DNA of 15,374 nucleotides from a virus (Duplodnaviria; Heunggongvirae; Uroviricota; Caudoviricetes): IMG/VR virus record IMGVR_UViG_2778261572_000010; one strand, 5' to 3'. Shown piece by piece: positions 8,595 to 15,374 of this stretch (position 1 is its first letter; each line of letters starts with the position of its first letter). The notes under the pieces were generated by a model. It saw only the letters and a program-made list of their open reading frames with translations, ran no database searches and was not told where the DNA came from. The position numbers and the translations under genes were made by a program.

Positions 8595-9487
8595 TTCAGA
8601 TACGTTTTGGCGACAATTTTATTTATTTAGAAACTAACAAGTTAATTCCCTCTAAGGAATTGTTAGAAAATGTAAAGCTAAGTCATAAATACCATCAAAT
8701 AGTTACCTCAATTGAAAGCTTAGGTATTATTGAACCAATAATAGTGTTCTATGACAAAGATAAAGATGCCATTAAGATACTCGATGGCCATTTGAGGGTT
8801 GAGGCTTTAAAAGATTTAGGCATAGAAAAAGCTCCATGTATACTTTCGAGCATAGATGATGCGTTCACTCCTAACAAACAAGTCAATCATATAAATGTAG
8901 TTGAAGAACATAGAATGATAATCAAGTCCTTAGCAAAAGTTTCAATTGAAAAACTTAGTGCTGCTTTGGGCATATCTATTGATGCTATAAAAGATAAAGC
9001 TAATGTGATGAACGGTATAGATCCAAGTGTGATTGCGAAACTTTCTGATAAACCAATACCTAAGGCTACATTTGATGTTTTGAGGAAAATGAAACCAATT
9101 CGTCAAATTGAAGCAGTCGGTACAATGATTAATTTTGATAATTATAGTAAAAAATTTGCAATGAGCATCTTGGATGCAACACCGGCATCGATGATAATAA
9201 ATAAAGGGAAAAACACTCCCTATAAAAAGGACATAAAAAAAACCATACTTCGTCTGGAACAGGAAATGGCAACAACTTCGGAAGAAACAAAAAAGCTTCA
9301 AACCGAGTATGGTTCAGATATGTTGAAATTCGTTATAATCCAGTCATATATTATTAAATTACTTGGTAACTCTAAAGTTCTTCATTGGTTCTTGGAAAAC
9401 GAGGTTGATTATCTTAATGAGTTAAAAAGAATTTCGAAAATAAATTCTTTAGATGATAAGACTCTTGCTGAAAACAGCCAGTCATAG
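8591..9487 (+). CDS. Second ParB-like N-terminal domain protein, 298 aa
   Basis: ParB-box-like IIEPIIVFYDKDKDAIKILDGHLRVEALKDLG. Start overlaps the upstream stop (ATGA at 8591-8594). Same length as its neighbour but diverged in sequence. Confidence 0.75.
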   Translation: MIQIRFGDNFIYLETNKLIPSKELLENVKLSHKYHQIVTSIESLGIIEPIIVFYDKDKDAIKILDGHLRVEALKDLGIEKAPCILSSIDDAFTPNKQVNHINVVEEHRMIIKSLAKVSIEKLSAALGISIDAIKDKANVMNGIDPSVIAKLSDKPIPKATFDVLRKMKPIRQIEAVGTMINFDNYSKKFAMSILDATPASMIINKGKNTPYKKDIKKTILRLEQEMATTSEETKKLQTEYGSDMLKFVIIQSYIIKLLGNSKVLHWFLENEVDYLNELKRISKINSLDDKTLAENSQS

Positions 9488-9602
9488 GTATGGTTTTATA
9501 TATCCGAAATAAACCATGAAGTATACTTACACAACCATAATGGCTTCTCTTAGATATTAGCATAAGTAGGCAGTATAAGCCGTAATCATTCGAACGGTTT
9601 AA

Positions 9603-9827
9603 GGAGGTGAACTTATGGTTAACAGAATGAGATCTATTGTGAGAACGGCGACAGACGAATCTGGTAAGTTCAGGACTGGTGTCTTAGAAGCGGCCCTTGC
9701 CCACTCGAAGAAAGATGAAATAATTGCAGCTTACAATCGCCCGGAATATCTGGCAGAACGAGTGATTCTCATGCAGTGGTGGAGTGATTATGTCATTGCT
9801 CAAAAATTTAAAGCTATTGCGGCATAA
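9603..9827 (+). pseudogene. Remnant of a P4-type integrase 3' end (last 74 codons plus stop); diverged duplicate of 5645-5869
   Basis: In-frame translation GGEL-MVNRMRSIVRTATDESGKFRTGVLEAALAHSKKDEIIAAYNRPEYLAERVILMQWWSD... is co-linear with the C-terminus of the integrase at 4640-5869, same length, no indels. An in-frame TAA at 9600-9602 cuts it off upstream. Contains a 38-nt run identical to 5735-5772. Confidence 0.8.
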
Positions 9828-9834
9828 CAACTCT

Positions 9835-9863
9835 ATAAGGGGTTAAATCTCCCAGCCCCTTAT
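9835..9863 (+). terminator. Hairpin (ATAAGGGG/CCCCTTAT, 8-bp stem) after the integrase remnant stop; possible relic integrase terminator
   Basis: Perfect 8-bp inverted repeat 9835-9842/9856-9863, but the T-run (9876-9881) is 12 nt downstream, so only weakly terminator-like. Confidence 0.3.
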
Positions 9864-9983
9864 CCACCAAGACATAAACCTTTTTTGACATCACTTTGTT
9901 CTAAACCAAGATACATGGGCTGTAACTTACAAAAGCGATTTTCTGCATGAACTGGCAAACGTCTCTGGCATTGAAAAATTTAT

Positions 9984-11591
9984 TTAAAGCTTGTTCTTTT
10001 GTGGTTTACATAGCTTCTTTTTATAAATATCTGGGTCCACAGCAATTTTGCAGATCCTGACCTCATACCCAAAATTGGTAATACTCTTGTGGAAATTTTT
10101 TAAGTTTACTTTAGAAAACAAAGGTAAATCTTCGGGAAGATTTTTATTAGAAGCTATGGCGAAAACTAGTTTATATTTTTTAGCATCTGGTCTATTTATA
10201 TGATCGGCTAATTTTATATGAGCAGGCAGTTTCTCATTAAGTTTGCCTCGAAATTCAGAGTCACTTATAAAAAGTTCAGAACCTATAAATCCTTGTGAAA
10301 AAAGATGGCTCATACTTTGCGAACCAGTATAATATTTTACATGGATAAAATCTGATTGACCTCTGATAAGATCACAAAATTCAATCTTACTTTTACCACC
10401 ACCATGATGAATGAATTTCTGATCCATGTGTGTAAAGGAATTATCATCTTGGCAAAGTTTTTTATTATAATCCTCCTCTCGTTTATATGAATATACAGGG
10501 AATTTGTCCGACTCCTCATAATGAATTATTTTTTTCATTTCATCATCAATAGTCGATACAAAATTCCTATCTGCAACATACCATATAGAGTCTCGAAGAA
10601 TATAGTTCTGATCACCTTCTTTTATCTCGGCATAGAGGCACCTATATAAAGACCATTTTTTTATTGATTCAAAATCGGCATTCAAAACATGCAGGTAATT
10701 TTTTTTGAGTTCATCAACAGTTACTTCAGTTTTCTTACCATCAAAATAATCACAAACATGGTATATTGATAAGGTTTCATGAATGAATCTTTGTCTCTTA
10801 TCAAAGCAATAGCCTATTTGATTTTCCCAGTCTACTATTTCTGGCTCTCCAAGCCATAAATCATTGAAGTCTTTTTCCTTTATCCGATCAATCAAAAGCG
10901 AATCCAATATCTCAACTTCTTGTTCATCAGCCTCCTTGATATTGTTAACCCATTCGAATTCTTCAGGAAGAGGTAATAAGTAAATAGAGTCTATTTTGGT
11001 CAACAGTGCTGGAATAGCCTTCAATTCAATATCCGGCATGATCACAAAAGCATCTTTGCCAGTAATTTTACTTCCTAAAATATCTTCTGTCGAAGTGCCT
11101 GTGAGAGTTGTAAGAATATCCATCTCAGAATCTATTTTTAGGTTGTATATATCGACTTCTTTACTGCTCTGACTGCGAGTTAACAGGTTCGTTTCGTTGT
11201 GACTGCCTTTATCTAAACTGCGAATTTTTTTATGTTCTATACTATTAAGAGTTGTTTTAAGCCCAAATCCTTTGACAATGCTGCCATCATTGATTAAGTG
11301 ATGACCGGTTCCAAAGGGAATAAGATATCTGGAATTGTTAGCTTCAATAACTAATACTGCTCCTGTGCTACTATTCATACCGAAGAAATCAGGTTCTATG
11401 CCAGGATTTTGGCCCATAAAAAAGGTGGTCCATTCAGGAGGTTTTGGGTCCATGTACTCCTTTACATATAGATATGCTCGTGCATCCTCCATCTCGAATT
11501 CAACAGGTCTTTTGACCCTTTCCAAATTCAAAACCTGATCAATATCATCGCTAAACCTTTTTGTTTTATAAATAGAGAGTTTTATCTTCAT
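9984..11591 (-). CDS. Hypothetical protein, 535 aa, AT-rich; no confidently recognised domain
   Basis: Uninterrupted 1.6-kb ORF. ATG lies 18 nt downstream of the hxsA stop on the same strand, with AGGT about 9 nt upstream. Composition differs from the hxs genes (about 30% G+C by hand count of sampled lines). Contains HHGGGKS (not a canonical P-loop) and a possible nuclease-like CDL...DFIHVK segment. Confidence 0.8.
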   Translation of the reverse strand: MKIKLSIYKTKRFSDDIDQVLNLERVKRPVEFEMEDARAYLYVKEYMDPKPPEWTTFFMGQNPGIEPDFFGMNSSTGAVLVIEANNSRYLIPFGTGHHLINDGSIVKGFGLKTTLNSIEHKKIRSLDKGSHNETNLLTRSQSSKEVDIYNLKIDSEMDILTTLTGTSTEDILGSKITGKDAFVIMPDIELKAIPALLTKIDSIYLLPLPEEFEWVNNIKEADEQEVEILDSLLIDRIKEKDFNDLWLGEPEIVDWENQIGYCFDKRQRFIHETLSIYHVCDYFDGKKTEVTVDELKKNYLHVLNADFESIKKWSLYRCLYAEIKEGDQNYILRDSIWYVADRNFVSTIDDEMKKIIHYEESDKFPVYSYKREEDYNKKLCQDDNSFTHMDQKFIHHGGGKSKIEFCDLIRGQSDFIHVKYYTGSQSMSHLFSQGFIGSELFISDSEFRGKLNEKLPAHIKLADHINRPDAKKYKLVFAIASNKNLPEDLPLFSKVNLKNFHKSITNFGYEVRICKIAVDPDIYKKKLCKPQKNKL

Positions 11592-11609
11592 TCTATTTTA
11601 CCTAATATT

Positions 11610-12245
11610 TTAACGAGCAAGTATATTCAAAGAGTTCAATAACTGAGCATCTAATGTTTCTCTTACTGGAGTAGGAAGCCCATATGCAACTCTGTAATTT
11701 TTGATAGCAGTTCGTGTCGCAGGCCCCATACTTCCGTCTATATTGCCGTTATAAAACCCTTTATCCAGTAATGCGAACTGCACTCGCATGATCAAACGCT
11801 TACGCTTTTCAGTATCAGAAGCCAGCCCACTACTTGCACGAGTAGTTCCATTCATTCCAGCAGAGTTTGTGGTCGTAGAGGCATCGGTGTCATTTGAGCG
11901 AAGCGAACGAACAGATGAAGAAGACGATGGCGAATTTGTACCTGAATTGGATGAGCCTGATGAGCTTGGTGAACTGTATGTTTTAGGATAATAAGGAGTG
12001 CTTCCACCATAGTACCCACCACCAGACGAAGATCTATGAGAACTATGGCTTCGATGGGAGCTATGACTACGATGCCCTGCAATGTAGAAAGGTACTTCCG
12101 TGTTAAGTGGAGCTATAACTAAATCATGCTCATTAAGAGTAATACCGGGCAAATCACTTGCACCAGTGGAGGAATCACTTGCCCATACAGAATTATTGAG
12201 TGCTAAAAATCCCGGAAGCAGAGCAGCGAAATTAAATTTTTTCAT
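11610..12245 (-). CDS. hxsA: His-Xaa-Ser repeat protein HxsA: signal peptide, five His-Xaa-Ser repeats, Ser/Gly/Tyr-rich linker, C-terminal peptidoglycan-binding-like domain; 211 aa
   Basis: Start placed at the internal ATG at 12245 (MKKFNFAALLPGFLALNNSVWA, signal-peptide-like), which overlaps the upstream stop as ATGA. HRSHSSHRSHSSHRS is encoded at 12030-12074. The C-terminus FALLDKGFYNGNIDGSMGPATRTAIKNYRVAYGLP resembles a PG_binding_1 domain. Sits in a four-gene radical-SAM cassette. Confidence 0.85.
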   Translation of the reverse strand: MKKFNFAALLPGFLALNNSVWASDSSTGASDLPGITLNEHDLVIAPLNTEVPFYIAGHRSHSSHRSHSSHRSSSGGGYYGGSTPYYPKTYSSPSSSGSSNSGTNSPSSSSSVRSLRSNDTDASTTTNSAGMNGTTRASSGLASDTEKRKRLIMRVQFALLDKGFYNGNIDGSMGPATRTAIKNYRVAYGLPTPVRETLDAQLLNSLNILAR

Positions 12246-13354
12246 AAAATTGGTCTCGGTGGTTGATGAAAACGGCCTTTTGATGAACTGAAATAACCAG
12301 CACAGGAAGACTTCTGAGTACATTCATCACATTCTTTGGGGTAGTAATTTTTCCAGTCAGAAATTGACTGAGTAGCAAATCCCCAAGCTCTTTCAGGAAG
12401 ATGGCACAATGGGTAATTGAAGATTGTTAGGGTGATGCCTGACCTTTGTGCTGTTCCTATGGCAGAGAGAATTTTCTCACTATAGCTATCATGCTCAATG
12501 AAGATTGATGACCAGTTTTTACGTGCCCAGCCGATAGATTCTAACCCCATAAGAGAAATCTGGTTGATATTGGAAAACACGCGACCAGCGAACTCTATGA
12601 TTTTGTCCAGTTCCATATAGTTAGCCAGTGTCGGAATGATTCTTAACTCAATGTTGATCCCTGAGTTACCGGCATTGATAAGCCCCATAACTGTCTCATC
12701 AAATGCCCCTTCGCTTCCAACCAGATAGTCATGAACTGACGACCTTGAAGAATAAAGCGGAATACCGAAAGTTATTTTGAGCTTTTCGCTTCGATCTTTC
12801 ATCTGTTGAGTAAAACCGACATCTGCAAACTTTCGTCCATTGGTCAAAACATGCAAAGCTGTCTCAGGTGAGTTTTCGATTATGAAGTCCAGAAATTGCA
12901 AGAAATCTTCGCCATACAGTAGAGGTTCTCCCCCACTCACTCCTACTACACCATTCAGGGAGAAAGAGGCGATGGCAAGTGCTGACTGGTTAAGAAGCCA
13001 GTCATCGTTTCCTGTCTTAGGAGGCTGAGAACAAAAAAGGCAACGGTTGTTGCACCTTTCAGTTACCAGAACAGTGTTATGGTTTGCTCTCCGTGACAAA
13101 ATCACCCTAATCATGTTGCCATTGTTAACAATCCCTATATCACCATCTTCTATGGAATTGAAAAGATCAGTGCTCACAACGAAGTCTGCAAAATATGCAG
13201 GAAGTCTGGAATCAAGTTGAGTTTTACTGACCAGTAAATTTGGCAGATAGAATTGAGGATTTTCGGGCTTAGATTTGCACAAGCGATAGAAACCTTGCTG
13301 AACTGGCAGATCTGCCGTAAATCTGAAAATGTCGTTTCTCAGCACCTCAGACAT
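12242..13354 (-). CDS. Radical SAM maturase of the His-Xaa-Ser system (HxsB/HxsC family; tentatively HxsB by adjacency to hxsA), 370 aa
   Basis: CxxxCxxC radical-SAM motif (VTERCNNRCLFC) and a C-terminal Cys cluster (CDECTQKSSC). Start taken at ATG 13354, which overlaps the upstream stop by 8 nt and has a G-rich site upstream; the track's longer start is 13390. Confidence 0.85.
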   Translation of the reverse strand: MSEVLRNDIFRFTADLPVQQGFYRLCKSKPENPQFYLPNLLVSKTQLDSRLPAYFADFVVSTDLFNSIEDGDIGIVNNGNMIRVILSRRANHNTVLVTERCNNRCLFCSQPPKTGNDDWLLNQSALAIASFSLNGVVGVSGGEPLLYGEDFLQFLDFIIENSPETALHVLTNGRKFADVGFTQQMKDRSEKLKITFGIPLYSSRSSVHDYLVGSEGAFDETVMGLINAGNSGINIELRIIPTLANYMELDKIIEFAGRVFSNINQISLMGLESIGWARKNWSSIFIEHDSYSEKILSAIGTAQRSGITLTIFNYPLCHLPERAWGFATQSISDWKNYYPKECDECTQKSSCAGYFSSSKGRFHQPPRPIL

Positions 13355-14735
13355 AAGCCCACCCTTTAAGCATCTTTGCCATCGGTCCATCCTGAGAGAT
13401 TTCGTTCAGAAGGAAGCGGAACATGCCTTTGTGATACTGGCAGAAAGTAGAACGACTCTTGTCACCAACAGGTTCGCCATGAACACTAATGTTCTGGCAA
13501 GGATCTGCTCCACAGAAAGGCTGGTATGCACAGGTGTCACAACCTGGCATGGCGAAGTTAAATGAAGATGAGAGAGCGGAACGGTAGTATTCGTTGCTAC
13601 TGAATGAGAGTGAGGCAAACTCTCCTGCACTGAAATCTGCTTCCGGGTTTACTTTCTGAAGCATACGACTTTCATCACTACCGTAGACTTTACCGTCATA
13701 ATTGAACAGGATGCAGTTCAGCACAACTCCGCTTGGCGATTTTAGATCTGCATAACCACTGAAGCCTGGATTGAAAATTCGCTTGAGATGAATAGCAGCC
13801 GAGTGCTCAATGACAGGTATTCCCTTTTCATTCTGAATCAACACTTCCTGCATCAACTCTTTATAAAAAGCAAAATACTCTGGCATTGAAAAAGTGAAGC
13901 TCTGCTTCTGAGCAAACCCATAAGGACTAACAGGCCTGATAAACATGTCTGTAAGACCCAGAGACAAATGAGCATCTACTATGGAAGCTGGCTCTTTAGT
14001 CAGCTCCTTAGTAACTGTGGTAACCGTAGCTACCCGGTTTGCGCCAAGTTCTTCTGTGATTTTCCGAATACCAGTTACTGCTTTGTTATGAGCTTGAAAG
14101 TCAGTAAGGATGCGATTCTTGTTATGGACAGCTTCATTCCCATCGAGCGAGACCGAGAAGGTGATATTCCGCTCTTTAACCCATGAGAGAATGCTTTCAT
14201 CGAGTAATGACAGACTTGTAGCAATCACCATTTCAAAAGCATCACTACCCAATGAAATCTCACACTCGTGATAGATTGACTGAACAAGATCGAACCTGAG
14301 AAGTGGTTCACCGCCCTGTACTTCTATCTTGTAGGGAGGTGTACCTAGTTTCTTAATGGTGCTGACAATTTGCGGTATCAGTTCAGGATTGAGGTCATAA
14401 CCATCAGCGGTGACCGATGCCCTACTGACCTGGCAATATTTGCAAGTATGATCACAACGAAGAGTAGGTACAATCATGAAGATTGGCCTGATCGCCAGTT
14501 CATTCATGAGTCGTTTGGCAAAAGCCGAACTTAGTGCATAAGGGGTAACGGAGGAAGATTCATCTCCGCAAATGAAAAGTTTGCTTTCAAGCGATGAGGA
14601 CTGTTCTTGACTGATGTGACCGTTTACCAGATCGAGAAATTCCTGCTCTCCTAAAAAATGATGAAAGCCAGCGAGGTTACTGATGAATACCCGGCCGTCA
14701 GGCATCCTGTCGAAGTTAAAAGGCATGAGTTTCAT
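13347..14735 (-). CDS. Radical SAM/SPASM-domain maturase of the His-Xaa-Ser system (HxsB/HxsC family; tentatively HxsC by adjacency to hxsD), 462 aa
   Basis: CxxxCxxC motif (LRCDHTCKYC) plus a C-terminal SPASM/twitch-like cluster (CDTCAYQPFCGADPC). Start overlaps the hxsD stop (TAATG at 14733-14737). Confidence 0.9.
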   Translation of the reverse strand: MKLMPFNFDRMPDGRVFISNLAGFHHFLGEQEFLDLVNGHISQEQSSSLESKLFICGDESSSVTPYALSSAFAKRLMNELAIRPIFMIVPTLRCDHTCKYCQVSRASVTADGYDLNPELIPQIVSTIKKLGTPPYKIEVQGGEPLLRFDLVQSIYHECEISLGSDAFEMVIATSLSLLDESILSWVKERNITFSVSLDGNEAVHNKNRILTDFQAHNKAVTGIRKITEELGANRVATVTTVTKELTKEPASIVDAHLSLGLTDMFIRPVSPYGFAQKQSFTFSMPEYFAFYKELMQEVLIQNEKGIPVIEHSAAIHLKRIFNPGFSGYADLKSPSGVVLNCILFNYDGKVYGSDESRMLQKVNPEADFSAGEFASLSFSSNEYYRSALSSSFNFAMPGCDTCAYQPFCGADPCQNISVHGEPVGDKSRSTFCQYHKGMFRFLLNEISQDGPMAKMLKGWAYV

Positions 14736-15007
14736 TATGCAAGCCTGTCATCTATGCTTCGGAGAACCTTGCTGATGATGGCATCACGCAACTGACCAGT
14801 TTGATGGTGAAGTTTCTCACGGAGGCTAAAATCGTTTAACAACCTTGCGAATTCAAACTCACATTCAGGACCACCTATCTCAAAGAAGATAATCCACGAG
14901 GATATGTTTTCTTCAACTTTCCATGGGCTTACAGGAGTCATCCAGTATAGGGTGTTTCGGATAACCCATTCAGAATAAAGATTTTTTTGTAATATCTTTT
15001 CCCACAT
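14735..15007 (-). CDS. hxsD: His-Xaa-Ser system protein HxsD (LLNDYxLRE-motif family), 90 aa
   Basis: Contains LLNDFSLRE, matching the family-defining LLNDYxLRE motif as I recall it. First gene of the cassette. Start placed at ATG 15007 with AAGGT about 7 nt upstream; the track starts at GTG 15010. Confidence 0.8.
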   Translation of the reverse strand: MWEKILQKNLYSEWVIRNTLYWMTPVSPWKVEENISSWIIFFEIGGPECEFEFARLLNDFSLREKLHHQTGQLRDAIISKVLRSIDDRLA

Positions 15008-15154
15008 CACTATTACCTTACAAAAGAAATAATAACGGAAAGAAACTTATTCCATTTAGGTTTTTTCTTATAGATTAATGATATAACACTTTTCAAAACA
15101 TGTTACTGAGTATGTCAAAATTCTAAGATTCAGTTCAACTAAAATTAATCGAAT

Positions 15155-15374
15155 TGAACCGCCCCGGGAATCCTGGAGACTAAACTTCCTGAGAAAGAGG
15201 TAAACAGGATGACTAAAAATACTCGTTTTTCCCCCGAAGTCCGTCAACGGGCAGTCCGTATGGTTCTGGAAAGTCAGGGCGAATATGACTCACAATGGGC
15301 GACAATTTGTTCCATTGCTCCAAAGATTGGCTGTACGCCGGAGACTCTGCGTGTCTGGGTTCGCCAGCATGAGC
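15155..15374 (+). mobile_element. Left end of an IS3-family insertion sequence (IS629/IS1203-like), continuing past the window end
   Basis: Terminal repeat begins TGAACCGCCCCGGGAATCCTGGAGAC at 15155, followed by the orfA start. Matches the IS629 left end as recalled. Confidence 0.8.
15209..15374 (+). CDS. IS3-family transposase OrfA, 5'-partial (runs off the window end)
   Basis: ATG at 15209 with GAGG upstream. Translation [55 protein letters not shown] is the N-terminal helix-turn-helix region typical of IS3-family OrfA. Absent from the ORF track because there is no stop within the window. Confidence 0.85.
   Translation, partial: MTKNTRFSPEVRQRAVRMVLESQGEYDSQWATICSIAPKIGCTPETLRVWVRQHE

Noticed and set aside
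7694-9301. Minus-strand ORFs 7694..7930, 7970..8299, 8942..9301
   Set aside because: Antisense to the ParB-like genes; low-complexity translations typical of AT-rich antisense frames.
9615-9827. 70-aa ORF as an independent gene
   Set aside because: It is the in-frame C-terminal fragment of an integrase, truncated upstream by a TAA; better described as a pseudogene remnant.
11380-11400. HHGGGKS in the 535-aa protein as a Walker A (P-loop) motif
   Set aside because: Spacing does not fit GxxxxGK[ST]; no Walker B partner identified.
10337-11538. ORFs 10337..10519 (-) and 11335..11538 (+)
   Set aside because: Nested in or antisense to the 535-aa ORF.
11788-14186. ORFs 11788..11991, 11852..12082, 12100..12291, 12840..13028, 13329..13565, 13406..13630, 13968..14186
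   Set aside because: Alternative-frame or antisense ORFs inside hxsA and the two radical SAM genes, whose frames carry the diagnostic motifs.
1-15374. CRISPR arrays, tRNA or rRNA genes
   Set aside because: No regularly spaced direct repeats, no cloverleaf-compatible tRNA segments other than the tmRNA 3' fragment, and no rRNA-like conserved stretches were seen.

Overview
Mosaic accessory region of an enterobacterial (E. coli/Shigella-like) chromosome, bounded by IS ends: the terminal 55 nt of an IS2-like element at 1-55 and the left end of an IS3-family (IS629-like) element from 15155. All calls rest on reading the sequence and recalled family signatures; no database search was run. (1) 180-4316, all + strand: the int-proximal arm of a lambdoid-type prophage, probably truncated by the IS2, with small unknown genes, an SPFH/band-7 lipoprotein, a putative xis and a tyrosine integrase. 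(2) 4449-4543: a 27-nt copy of the tmRNA (ssrA) 3' end plus a hairpin terminator, i.e. an att repeat marking the junction of two tandem integrative elements. (3) 4640-5869: a P4/CP4-57-type (IntA-like) integrase. (4) 5870-9602: an AT-rich module encoding a large serine recombinase and two tandem ParB-like proteins, bracketed by a diverged 225-nt duplicate of the integrase 3' end (9603-9827), which suggests a nested insertion into the integrase gene. (5) 9984-15007, minus strand: an AT-rich 535-aa unknown protein directly downstream of a complete His-Xaa-Ser radical-SAM cassette (HxsD, two radical SAM maturases, HxsA repeat protein). The serine-recombinase/ParB module and the Hxs cassette with its 535-aa neighbour are the best candidates for an undescribed system. 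No rRNA, tRNA or CRISPR array was seen.
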